Shown here piece after piece: positions 6,988-15,989 of a stretch of 32,106 bases of DNA. Position numbers and translations under genes: made by a program. Each line of letters begins with the position of its first letter. Positions within the stretch are counted from its first letter, which is position 1. The notes below the pieces were generated by a model. The model did no database searches and was not told the origin of the DNA. It was given only the letters and a program-made list of their open reading frames with translations. This stretch comes from a virus (taxonomy: Duplodnaviria > Caudoviricetes), in the IMG/VR virus record IMGVR_UViG_3300046383_000002, positions 1-32,106 of that record; one strand, 5' to 3'.

Positions 6988-8136
6988 TCAGAGTTCGCCT
7001 TGGATGATGTAGGCGGTGTTCGCGCTACCATCGCCCGGCAACGTCAGAATTCCGTTTGTTCCCAACGAGCCTTCAAGAAACAATTGGCGGGTAACGGGGT
7101 TGTAGACCCTGAATCGCATCGGCTGGCGCGCCTTGAATTCCGCTTGATTCAGGACTCCGCAGGGCATGCATACGAAGCTCGACCCCGACATCGCCGCATA
7201 GTTCTTGTTGACTCCCCAATCTGATCCGATGCCGTCTCCCCAAAATTTCTGAGCCGGTAGCGGGTGAACGGGATTCGGCGGTACCCAGTTGTCGTTCGCC
7301 TTCGTCCAGTCCTCGATGCCATCAGGGCAGAGGGTATGCACCTTGCTGACGGCGTCATAGATCGCTTCGGCGTTCGGGGTTTCCCACACGTTCGCCTGGC
7401 GGACCATCCCACCGTGCGGGTTGGTGTTCGGGTAACCGTAGATACCGTTGGCGTTGTGCAGCACGTAAGCTCCCTTCCCGCATAGGATACCAAGAGCACG
7501 ATCCATTGCGAGGCGAAGGGGGTCTGAGCACTGGCAGACGCTAGAAGCGGGGCCCATGGGTTCGTTGGCGTTGATGAGAACTTTCTTATACTTGAAGTCC
7601 CAGTTCTGCCGAACGAACTTCCACATGTAGTCGTTGTAGCTGCGCTGACCATGTACTGTGCCCTTCGTGTACGGCCCGCTGTTCAGGTACTCATCGAACT
7701 TCGGATCTTGCGGATCCGGCGGACTTGAGCGAGCGACCAGATGAGGCAGTTGTCCGCGGATGATCTGCGCCATGTCGCGTTGCTGCTGTACCGTGTTCGG
7801 CCACGTCGAGTAGTCCTCGTTGACCATCTCGAGCCCAAGCACGGTATGCACGCGGGGCTTCACCGCGTCAACGATCTTCTGAGCCAGCATCCTGTGGTCG
7901 ACTGCCCCGCCACCGTGGCACGTAATCTCAGCCCTCATCCTGAACGTCGTATAGATCGTGTCGAGGAACTCCCCTAGCACCTGAACATAGTCAGGCGCGT
8001 TGGGGTCGATATGTTCAAACGTTCCCAGGATTCTGATGTAGTCGAGGCCGTGTTTCGAAAGCCAGTCGACGTTCTGCAGCAAGCGATCACGCTCGGTCCT
8101 GAACCCCGAGAGAGACCAGAACAGTGTACCGCCCAT
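6988..8136 (-). CDS. Glycoside hydrolase-like TIM barrel (clan GH-A-like), probably the C-terminal part of a -1 frameshift fusion starting at 8486
   Basis: LDYIRILG, LEMVNE (candidate acid/base) and NANEPMG (candidate nucleophile). The frame stays open upstream of ATG 8136 with GH-like RAEGRTWADDTG but has no start codon there. Confidence 0.6.
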   Translation of the reverse strand: MGGTLFWSLSGFRTERDRLLQNVDWLSKHGLDYIRILGTFEHIDPNAPDYVQVLGEFLDTIYTTFRMRAEITCHGGGAVDHRMLAQKIVDAVKPRVHTVLGLEMVNEDYSTWPNTVQQQRDMAQIIRGQLPHLVARSSPPDPQDPKFDEYLNSGPYTKGTVHGQRSYNDYMWKFVRQNWDFKYKKVLINANEPMGPASSVCQCSDPLRLAMDRALGILCGKGAYVLHNANGIYGYPNTNPHGGMVRQANVWETPNAEAIYDAVSKVHTLCPDGIEDWTKANDNWVPPNPVHPLPAQKFWGDGIGSDWGVNKNYAAMSGSSFVCMPCGVLNQAEFKARQPMRFRVYNPVTRQLFLEGSLGTNGILTLPGDGSANTAYIIQGEL

Positions 8137-8171
8137 CGGTCTCCAACGCCCGGTGTCGTCCGCCCACGTGC

Positions 8172-8223
8172 GGCCTTCAGCGCGCGGAACTCCAAGCCGC
8201 GCTGAAGACCTTACACGAAAGGG
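8172..8223 (-). promoter_or_regulatory. Programmed -1 ribosomal frameshift signal
   Basis: Heptamer C CCU UUC (8223-8217) in frame, spacer GUGUAA, then a 13-bp stem GGUCUUCAGCGCG / CGCGCUGAAGGCC (8210-8172). Confidence 0.75.
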
Positions 8224-8486
8224 GTAACGACGACGTTCACCTCTTGCTCTCCCCGGACTTCGTACGCATCGCCCCAGACGTTGCCCACGTAACGAATCTT
8301 CGGATCCGTAACCACCAGCGTAACGCGATTCCCCTCAGCCGACGTTCCGGTGTTGACGTCAGCGTACCCTCCGCCGTCGGTCGACCGAGAGTAGCTTTGC
8401 CCCGTAATGAGGTCATTTGCCACCACCCACATGTCTGGCACCGGATTTCCTTTGTCGTCCGTAACCGTAACCTTGAACAAACCCAT
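8211..8486 (-). CDS. Small Ig-like (carboxypeptidase-regulatory/prealbumin-like) beta-sandwich protein
   Basis: KVTVTDDKGNPV...STDGGGYA pattern. Strong AGGAGG Shine-Dalgarno. Confidence 0.65.
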   Translation of the reverse strand: MGLFKVTVTDDKGNPVPDMWVVANDLITGQSYSRSTDGGGYADVNTGTSAEGNRVTLVVTDPKIRYVGNVWGDAYEVRGEQEVNVVVTPFV

Positions 8487-8495
8487 AATCCCCTC

Positions 8496-9770
8496 CTAAA
8501 GCGGTCTTAAGTTAGTGAGCTGAGCATCTGGTACATACTTCTGTAAAGAAGCGAGAGTATCCCCGTAGATGTTGTGCCACGTATATGGAGTCTTATCGGG
8601 ATATCTCCAATCGTCCAACACAAGTCCAGTAGGCGGAGTAGAACCGTCAAAGTAGCCGATGGATTTAAGGTTTGCCCCCGAGACCACGATTCCCTCAATG
8701 GTAATGTTCCTAGGCCCGTTCCTAAAGAAGAAGCACCGACCATGACCACCCGTTATTCCTTTCGGGTCAATCATGGAGAACGCAAATTTCTTGATAACGA
8801 TGTTCTGAAGCATTCCACTAGGATGTTCGCTATCAGTTCCTAACATCGTCACACATCCACCAGCGATAGCTCCAGTACAATCTTCAATCAAGGCATTCTC
8901 GACGCTAGCCGTAGGATCCTTGCCACTTTGATTTCTCGGGGTAAGAACGATGAGATAGCCTCCCTGACCTTCAGCAATACCTGCACCTTCAAGGTGACAA
9001 TTGGACATGTCGAATCCAGCGACGTTCTTGAGTTCGAGGGAACACTTCCGCTGCCACAATTTTCCAGTTACAGGATCTGTGTCGTAGTAGTTGGGATTCT
9101 TGACAAGGTCGCAATTAATGATTCGAATGCTTCGAGGTTTGAGATCAGGGTTTTGATCTTCTCCACCAGCCATAAAACTCTGGCCAGCCCCTGACAAGTA
9201 ACAATCACTGATCAGCAATCCTGGTTCCGCCATGCCAGATACAAAAACAGCCTGTGTATCCTGACCTACTTTCTTGATGTTGTCGATATAGCAGCGATCA
9301 ATGTACCCGCTAGTATTCATGTAAATGCCTCGTTTGTTTCCACGAACGGGGTCACCCATGATACAGCATTGAGAGAAAGCTGTATTCTTAATACCTGTTT
9401 GACAGAATACAATGTCATCAGAAACAACGTCAGAAAAGTGAAGTCCAGCAAACAACGTATTATCGGCTGAAACAAGCATTCCAGCCGTGAATTTCGGAAG
9501 AATATCGTTAGGGCTTGCGCGGCCAGCAAAAGCGATTTCCTGAGCCCGCAATTCTACCGATCGAGTTATCTTGAGAATCTTCGGATAAACAAGATCATTA
9601 CTAATTAGAATTGTGTCGGCCGTTCCAGCTAACTCTTCATCGAGTTCTTCAGGGGTAAAGACAACGGCGGGTTCAGGAGGTGTAGGGGTGCCGTTAGGGA
9701 TTTCGTCGCGAACTTCGGTGATGAGCTGGATTGCCTCGTCGAGCTTTTGGCGCATCTCGTCATTCGTCAT
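8496..9770 (-). CDS. Right-handed beta-helix (pectin-lyase-fold) protein, candidate depolymerase/tailspike
   Basis: Repeated short strands with Asn/Cys ladders (IDRCYIDN, ISDCYLSG, IINCDL, MSNCHLEG, IEDCTG). GAGGGG precedes ATG 9770. Confidence 0.65.
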   Translation of the reverse strand: MTNDEMRQKLDEAIQLITEVRDEIPNGTPTPPEPAVVFTPEELDEELAGTADTILISNDLVYPKILKITRSVELRAQEIAFAGRASPNDILPKFTAGMLVSADNTLFAGLHFSDVVSDDIVFCQTGIKNTAFSQCCIMGDPVRGNKRGIYMNTSGYIDRCYIDNIKKVGQDTQAVFVSGMAEPGLLISDCYLSGAGQSFMAGGEDQNPDLKPRSIRIINCDLVKNPNYYDTDPVTGKLWQRKCSLELKNVAGFDMSNCHLEGAGIAEGQGGYLIVLTPRNQSGKDPTASVENALIEDCTGAIAGGCVTMLGTDSEHPSGMLQNIVIKKFAFSMIDPKGITGGHGRCFFFRNGPRNITIEGIVVSGANLKSIGYFDGSTPPTGLVLDDWRYPDKTPYTWHNIYGDTLASLQKYVPDAQLTNLRPL

Positions 9771-9827
9771 GACCCCTCGCAATACTTTTGGTAAACCCTG
9801 CGTGACCCTAGCGAAATTTTGAAATGT

Positions 9828-9851
9828 TAAGCCATAGTATTCTATGGCTTA
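9828..9851. repeat. Perfect 10-bp inverted repeat (terminator or operator candidate)
   Basis: TAAGCCATAG-tatt-CTATGGCTTA in the intergenic gap. Only a weak U-tract follows on the - strand. Confidence 0.55.
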
Positions 9852-9854
9852 CCC

Positions 9855-10112
9855 CTATGACATCTGCACCCCACTGACCCCACGCTCCGGCCAGTGCCAC
9901 GTACCGGCGGTTTTCTGCTCACTGTAGGGTACTGATTCTCGGAAATGTACTCCCGTAGGGTTGATGACCATCAGGCCTACGGTCCCGATCGTCGTGGCAT
10001 TTCCTTCTGTTACGACGGCTGCGCGACAGACGTTCACGGGGTATTCACCGCCAGGGGTACCGTAAGCCACGTAGTGCACGATACGACCAACAGTCGGGAC
10101 GTCCATAGTCAT
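9855..10112 (-). CDS. Conserved small phage protein of unknown function
   Basis: PTVGRIVHY...RAAVVT...GTWHWPER pattern, common in phage hypothetical proteins. GGAG upstream. Confidence 0.75.
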   Translation of the reverse strand: MTMDVPTVGRIVHYVAYGTPGGEYPVNVCRAAVVTEGNATTIGTVGLMVINPTGVHFRESVPYSEQKTAGTWHWPERGVSGVQMS

Positions 10113-10125
10113 CTCCAGTTAAGGC

Positions 10126-10197
10126 GGGCGTGACACCCGAGGGGAACGGATGCCACGCCCTACCGCAGGTTCTCGGGGGCACACCGCTAACCTACGG
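10126..10197 (-). other. Tandem intergenic RNA hairpins
   Basis: CCGUAGGUU/AACCUGCGG (9 bp) and GGGCGUGGCAUCCG/CGGGUGUCACGCCC (14 bp). The apparent mismatches are G-U pairs only on the - strand. Confidence 0.55.
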
Positions 10198-10198
10198 G

Positions 10199-13100
10199 TT
10201 ATTGCGTATGGCCACCACCAAGGCTGCCATCCAATACTACGTGCCTGATTAGGTCTGATAATGAGAACTTGACGCTAGAAGCTTTAACCGTGTATCTCGG
10301 AAACGCCGGTCGTGGAAGTCCGATACGATCGATGTTCACCTCAAGAATCTTGAGGGTTTTAGTAATGTTAGTCGGCGCTCCAAACGTGATGACGGCGTCC
10401 TTGCCGCTTCTAGTCTTGATGTCGGTGGTCGCGTAGTTAACCGTAACGATGGGGTTCTTGAATAGGAAGAGTTCCGCGTCACCCCGTTTGTTGCAATCTG
10501 CGACGCTCCTCAAGCTGGTGTCGTTGACGAAGAATTCGTGAATCCCGTCACCACCTTCGAGAGCCGCAAGATTTGCTTGGGCCGTCAGGTCATCCCTCTG
10601 AACCCACAAAGCTAGATCATCCCCTTCAACTAACGCGATATCAATTCCTGAGGTTCCAATCAACATGGGAACTGCAAGAACTTGCGTGCCACCAGCGATA
10701 GATCCTATAATCGCCCCAGGGGCGGACGTCGTAATGATACCAAAAATCGTGTTGCTGGTTCCTGCGTTAATAGTGAACTGAACTTGCGTGGCGTTAAGAA
10801 CGGCGGTAATCTTGTGACTTCCATTCCACTCTGGAACGCTTGCTCCAAATATGCTAATGCTTTGATCCTTCGACATCTGGTGAGGATTCTGCGTGGTCAT
10901 CGTTGCCACGCCAAGGGTCTGTGAAAGCCCCGTGACAAGTTGCAATCGGGGGATTCCGGTAAAACTAGTAGCCGTAATATTGGTGTAAAAAATGAGTTGG
11001 TTGCCGACTTCTATCCACCCAGGAGCCGTAAATCCTGAAGTCGACTTCACTTGAAGCGTTATGTCTCCAGGAAGAGCTCCCAAGCTTCCCTCAATTGGCG
11101 GAAGTCTACCAAGATCGCTGTCGGGTGCCGTGTCGATGTAGCTAAGTGTGTTGTTGTCGTTTATGGTTGCCAGGTACTTATAAGCGAAGAAGTCGTTTCC
11201 TGGAGTCCTGTAAATGATGCGGCTCGTAACTCCAGCAGGTCCGATAGGTAGGTTGAATACCTGAACGGCTGAACCTCCACCGGTTGCAACTATCGGGGCA
11301 TTGCCACCCAGGGAGGTATCGGGGATGTTGTCAAGAAACGATGCGATATTGTTTCCGTTGATCTGGGTTAAGAACTTAAATTCAGTGCCTCCAGCTAGGG
11401 TCCTGTAAATCTTACGAGCTAAAACCGCAGGTGGACCGGAGGGGATCGACGTCAGCTGAATAGCCTCGCCGCCCGCCGTGTTGAGCCCAGGAAGAGTAGT
11501 GCTCAGGTTCGTATCTGGGGTGTTGTCGGAAAGAGTTCTTGAAACGTTGTCCTTCAACTCTCCGAGAAAGAAATATTGAGACCCGTTCGCCTTAGTGCGA
11601 TAAATTCTTCGACCGATGATGCCGTTAGGCCCGGTAGGTATGTTGTTGAGAAAGGCCCTTCTACCGGTTGTTTGAACGATCGGAGCTCGCTTGTCAAGGT
11701 CTAAATCGTTGGTACTGTCAATGATGGTGACCCCGTTATTGTTGTTCGGAATTTCTCCGACAACGTAGAAGTCGCTACCACCACCAACTTTGGTTCGATA
11801 AACTTTCCGACCTACAACCCCTACGTCCCCAGAAGACTGAATATTCAAAAAGGTGAAGACCCCAGGCCTAATCTGTTGAATGGGGTATTGGCCTCCAAGC
11901 TCGGACTCCGCCAAACTGTCATACACCTGACCACCACTTTGCTTGAGGTCGATGACAAGTTTGTAGACGGACCCGTTGTTGGACCTGTAAAGTCTGAGTC
12001 CTGTAGCTCCGCCACTTACGACTGGCAAGTTCATCAACAACCGAACAGTTAGAGATCCACCCACGCTGACCTGAACAAACGAACTAAGGTCTGTTTCCCC
12101 GTAATTCTCGTTATACTGTGAACACGCGTATCTGTAAGTCCCAGGAGCTATCCTACCACTTGTGTCAAAAATTCCCGAATAATTCGGGTTAAGTGGGCTA
12201 GGAGTTAAGCCAGTAGTGACGGAAGTTATGAACTGGGCCGTTGTTTCTCCAAATTGCGTAACGATGCCAGTCGCGTAGTTATAGAACCCAGGACGCAAGC
12301 CACCGAAAGCAAATTGCTGGATGCTATTGATTCCAGGAACAACGATAGGTCCAGGCACATACCCGACTGGAGCAACACCGTTCGTCTCCCCAAACGGGGA
12401 TACGAACGTAGCGACGTAGTTGTACTGATTGTTAACCTGGAGAAGACCAGCCTGACCGTCATTCTGAACAGTAAATGGCCCTGGAGCGGCAATCCCCGAC
12501 GCTAACCTGAAGCTTGACGGTCCTTGAAGAGTTTCCCCAAGCGACGTAACGTTCGTTACAACATACTGATAACTTCCAACAAGCGGGCCTACTGACGATG
12601 AAGGCCCCAAGCCAGGAGCAGATTCTGGGGTATTGACTGCGGGAGCCACAATCACCGCAGCAGGTCCGGGTAACGTTTCTCCAGTCGAGTTTCCAAACGA
12701 CACCTTATAGCCATAAGTTCCAATCAGTCGTCCTGCAGTTCCAGGAATCAACTGAACACTGGGGGCGAATGGTGGCTCCGTAACGCTTCCCGTAATGACG
12801 GTTGCGGAACCTCCTGGAAACTTACCGGTATAGTTGATGATATCGCACTTGTTACTGATTACTTGACCCGCCGAGAAGATCTCCACGTCGTCCATCGGGA
12901 TGACCGAAGAACCAGCCGAAATCGCGAAGCCATTTGGGGCAACGACTTGCTCTGAAGCTCCCTGAACGAAAACTCTCGTCCTGATTTGTGAGATGTCCGT
13001 AACCATCGTGAGTGGCGGGTCGATCTGCGTTCGAAGGTTGGATGCATCTATCGTATCAGGAGGGTTAAGATTTTCAGTGACGAAGAAATGCAGATTCCTC

Positions 13101-14092
13101 GTATAGTCCACGTACCAGTAACCCCCGACAAGACTAGCGACCTCATTAAGGGCATTGCTGATATCTTCCCCGTTAAACGTTACGCTTATGACGGGCAGAT
13201 TTGGTTGAACGTTAAAAACGGTAAACCCTGACGTGTACTCCGCCATGAGGCTGAGAACAATCGAAGTCGCAGACAGATCCTTGTACATCTCCCAGACCTT
13301 ACGACGATTCAGAAGGAACGTGTAATCCATGCAGGAGATGTCCCACATAGGGTTCCTCAGAAGACCGTCGTACGCCTGGTTGATGATCTGGATAGTTCCC
13401 CCAAATATTAAGTTAAGAGAAGTCAGATCACCTAAACCCAGCTTGACCTCAGAACCAACCGACGGAGGCGTTCCATTCAACCGGCAGGTAAGAGTGTTAG
13501 GGGCCTCGTTTAGGATGTCTGTAACACGAACAGTTTCAAATCTGATGTCAGATGTTCTATTAACCCCATTTATGGTAAAGATAACGTCGATCGCCGAAGG
13601 ACCAGTAAGTGTGATGTTTCCAAAAACACCAATGTGGAAATTTGGTGAAGTTGAAATTGGTGCTGGAATTTGAAGGAATACGGTTGTAGAAACATTAATT
13701 TCAGAAGTCGAAGTAACGGTAGTTGCCCCTGGTAACGAGGCAAGAGTCGAGAAATCAAATTCTGCAAAACCTTGAAGATCATGTTGAGCAACAGAAAGGA
13801 AGGTTCCATCACCACTAATTCCAAACGAAGTAGTGGCTGAAAACCTGCTTAAAACTGCGAGGTTAGCGTCCTGAATTGAAACGCTAAAATATGAATCAGA
13901 TTCAAGTCTTGAGATGGTTGAGAGATTTACTGTCGCCGCAATCGAAATCTGAGTAGTGCTAGCAAACAGGGCAGTAGCCTGAAGGCTACTAATTGTCGTA
14001 ACACTGAATCGGGTATCTGAAAGAAATTCTCCAAAGGTTCCAGAGAACTCCTCACCGAAATACGCCGCCCCGAAGTATACGCTACCGAACAC
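10199..14092 (-). CDS. Large tail tip/baseplate hub protein with inserted repeated beta-sandwich domains
   Basis: 1297 aa downstream of the tape measure. Hub-like core (VGSEVKL...IFGGTI...CMDYTFLLNRR...WYVDY...LHFF...IRTRVFVQG) with GET and RxxYRT repeats. Confidence 0.8.
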   Translation of the reverse strand: MFGSVYFGAAYFGEEFSGTFGEFLSDTRFSVTTISSLQATALFASTTQISIAATVNLSTISRLESDSYFSVSIQDANLAVLSRFSATTSFGISGDGTFLSVAQHDLQGFAEFDFSTLASLPGATTVTSTSEINVSTTVFLQIPAPISTSPNFHIGVFGNITLTGPSAIDVIFTINGVNRTSDIRFETVRVTDILNEAPNTLTCRLNGTPPSVGSEVKLGLGDLTSLNLIFGGTIQIINQAYDGLLRNPMWDISCMDYTFLLNRRKVWEMYKDLSATSIVLSLMAEYTSGFTVFNVQPNLPVISVTFNGEDISNALNEVASLVGGYWYVDYTRNLHFFVTENLNPPDTIDASNLRTQIDPPLTMVTDISQIRTRVFVQGASEQVVAPNGFAISAGSSVIPMDDVEIFSAGQVISNKCDIINYTGKFPGGSATVITGSVTEPPFAPSVQLIPGTAGRLIGTYGYKVSFGNSTGETLPGPAAVIVAPAVNTPESAPGLGPSSSVGPLVGSYQYVVTNVTSLGETLQGPSSFRLASGIAAPGPFTVQNDGQAGLLQVNNQYNYVATFVSPFGETNGVAPVGYVPGPIVVPGINSIQQFAFGGLRPGFYNYATGIVTQFGETTAQFITSVTTGLTPSPLNPNYSGIFDTSGRIAPGTYRYACSQYNENYGETDLSSFVQVSVGGSLTVRLLMNLPVVSGGATGLRLYRSNNGSVYKLVIDLKQSGGQVYDSLAESELGGQYPIQQIRPGVFTFLNIQSSGDVGVVGRKVYRTKVGGGSDFYVVGEIPNNNNGVTIIDSTNDLDLDKRAPIVQTTGRRAFLNNIPTGPNGIIGRRIYRTKANGSQYFFLGELKDNVSRTLSDNTPDTNLSTTLPGLNTAGGEAIQLTSIPSGPPAVLARKIYRTLAGGTEFKFLTQINGNNIASFLDNIPDTSLGGNAPIVATGGGSAVQVFNLPIGPAGVTSRIIYRTPGNDFFAYKYLATINDNNTLSYIDTAPDSDLGRLPPIEGSLGALPGDITLQVKSTSGFTAPGWIEVGNQLIFYTNITATSFTGIPRLQLVTGLSQTLGVATMTTQNPHQMSKDQSISIFGASVPEWNGSHKITAVLNATQVQFTINAGTSNTIFGIITTSAPGAIIGSIAGGTQVLAVPMLIGTSGIDIALVEGDDLALWVQRDDLTAQANLAALEGGDGIHEFFVNDTSLRSVADCNKRGDAELFLFKNPIVTVNYATTDIKTRSGKDAVITFGAPTNITKTLKILEVNIDRIGLPRPAFPRYTVKASSVKFSLSDLIRHVVLDGSLGGGHTQ

Positions 14093-14101
14093 GGCAGTCT
14101 A

Positions 14102-14356
14102 CTACGGGTGAGTTAGCGCCGCAGCTTTTGCAGCTGCGTAATCAGAAATGACTTGCGGGGTCCATATCAGAGCACAGAGAGACTTTACTTTTCCCGGGTA
14201 CGTTGAAACGTTTTGACCAGGTTCAAGAACTTCTCGAAAGAACTTGCGGCCAAGTTCCTGACCATCTTCTTCAATAACAGTTGCCAGGCGAAGTTCCATC
14301 AGACCATTTACCTTGATCGTGATTGAATCGTACTCCTGACGCTTCAGAATTGCCAT
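14102..14356 (-). CDS. Small tail-fibre companion/chaperone protein
   Basis: TVIEEDGQELGR...REVLEPG...IWTPQVI pattern, typically found after DDYEEGTWTP fibres. Confidence 0.6.
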   Translation of the reverse strand: MAILKRQEYDSITIKVNGLMELRLATVIEEDGQELGRKFFREVLEPGQNVSTYPGKVKSLCALIWTPQVISDYAAAKAAALTHP

Positions 14357-14365
14357 CGCCAGCTC

Positions 14366-15547
14366 CTATGAAGTCGACGTATAATGGAAGCTGAAGACTA
14401 CGTCGAAGGTTGCTCCAGCGTCAGTTGTGGTCATTACGGTAGTCCAAGGAGTTGCCGCAGCAGCTCGGAATATGAGTTGCGCAGTTGTTGTACCGGAAGC
14501 AACATAACCACCCATCCAAACTCCTGCACCGGCGATAGAAGCCGAGTATCCAACTTGAAGCGTGCTATTGCTTGAGGTAACCGTAAAAGGAAGTCCTGCA
14601 ATTGAAATCGATCCAGTACCGCCACCCAGAGAACTGAGGCTGATGCGGCCCTCAATAGCAACTAACCTACCAACTTTAATGTAAAGTCCAAAACGCTGAG
14701 AGTAAGTTGGGGTGCCGCCACCGCTACAAACCAATGCAGGGGTCCAGGTACCTTCCTCGTAGTCGTCAAGCGTGTTCGCGTCCGATGAAGCGTTCTGGGT
14801 GGCTGGAAACTTAATCTGACCGCCTAGAAGAGTATGAAGACCTGTTGAAATAAACGCACCAGTTCCAGGATCAGTAGTCGTTCCAAGACTCAAACCACCG
14901 GACGAGCTAATTCTCAAGCGTTCGGCATTAGTCGTTCCGAAGATTATCGGTTTAGCGTTAATACCCGTACCAATAAGTAAGCCATTTCCGTTATTCGCAA
15001 CCAATTCCGCCATTCCCGCAACAGGAACCCCATACACCGGTGTAGTTACGTTACCCGAAGAATAAGCTATAAGACTACAAAAAGTAGTATCACTAACTGC
15101 TTGAACCGTCGACAGCGCAAAAGTCGACACGTTCAAGTTATACACACTTACAGCAGAAATACCATCTTGATTTTTTGAAACTGACTGACTTTCAGTAAAT
15201 GAGTTAGCATCAGTCTTAAACGCCGCCTGAGTCTGAATGTCTTGAATCTTTTTCGCTGTAATCGTTAACGCAATTTGATCCCCAACAATTATCGTTCTAG
15301 CAGTCGAGCTTTCTTGAGACCTGGCGATTGTAAATGTATCGGTAGAGATTGCCGTAACACGAACAATTTCAGCATTTGTTGGAATCGGTAACACGCCGAT
15401 TGGCCAGATGGTGACATTAAACGGCGGGACTGGAAACCTAGCTCCTTCTCCAGCCGAAACAATCAGAGTGGTGCCAGAAATTGCGGGTGATGGAACTGTA
15501 TTAACTCTACTGTACGCGAAATTCTTATGCGTGTCAAAAGTAGCCAT
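14366..15547 (-). CDS. Tail fibre protein
   Basis: EIVRVTA...FTIARSQE N-terminal domain, FGTTNAERLRISSSG, NTLDDYEEGTWTP, YIKVGRLV and IAGLPFT fibre motifs. Confidence 0.8.
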   Translation of the reverse strand: MATFDTHKNFAYSRVNTVPSPAISGTTLIVSAGEGARFPVPPFNVTIWPIGVLPIPTNAEIVRVTAISTDTFTIARSQESSTARTIIVGDQIALTITAKKIQDIQTQAAFKTDANSFTESQSVSKNQDGISAVSVYNLNVSTFALSTVQAVSDTTFCSLIAYSSGNVTTPVYGVPVAGMAELVANNGNGLLIGTGINAKPIIFGTTNAERLRISSSGGLSLGTTTDPGTGAFISTGLHTLLGGQIKFPATQNASSDANTLDDYEEGTWTPALVCSGGGTPTYSQRFGLYIKVGRLVAIEGRISLSSLGGGTGSISIAGLPFTVTSSNSTLQVGYSASIAGAGVWMGGYVASGTTTAQLIFRAAAATPWTTVMTTTDAGATFDVVFSFHYTSTS

Positions 15548-15548
15548 C

Positions 15549-15989
15549 TTACCCTACAGTAATCTGAAGTTGCCCGATGGCAAAAGATGGCGCGGGGTCA
15601 CCCGATAACACGGTTCGAGACGCGGTCAAGGCATCCCAGATCCATAGGTTACCTCCCGAACTAGCGTCTAAAATTGCGAAATGGGTGATGGTTCCCCAAT
15701 TCGCAGTCGGTGCTGGAAACGTGATGGCAAGCGCGTTCGCCGTGAATCCGGTAGAACCGCTGGAGTTTCCAGAAGTACCTCCCTGAGTCGCTGTCCAGTT
15801 AGTGTCCAGGGGAGGTAAGTTGATACGAGAGTACGAACCTCCAGTTACCTCAGTACCACCTCCAGAATCTGACGGGGCCGCCGTGTACAGGGCCATGTAA
15901 AGAGCCGTTGGCTTCGCCCACGTGCGGGTGCGGAAAAGATGGTCAACGATGAGATTTTCAAGGAAGTCAGACGCTTGTACAGTTCCCAT
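15549..15989 (-). CDS. Minor tail protein
   Basis: SDFLEN...LYMALYTAAPSDSGGGTEVTGGSYSR...ITFP...WGTITHFAILDA.SGGN, a widespread tail protein family. Directly after the tape measure. Confidence 0.75.
   Translation of the reverse strand: MGTVQASDFLENLIVDHLFRTRTWAKPTALYMALYTAAPSDSGGGTEVTGGSYSRINLPPLDTNWTATQGGTSGNSSGSTGFTANALAITFPAPTANWGTITHFAILDASSGGNLWIWDALTASRTVLSGDPAPSFAIGQLQITVG

Noticed and set aside
7974-8213. Stop-codon readthrough of the Ig-like ORF into the 73-aa ORF at 7974-8195
   Set aside because: That frame ends early with no motifs. The -1 frame carries the GH and has a full frameshift signal.
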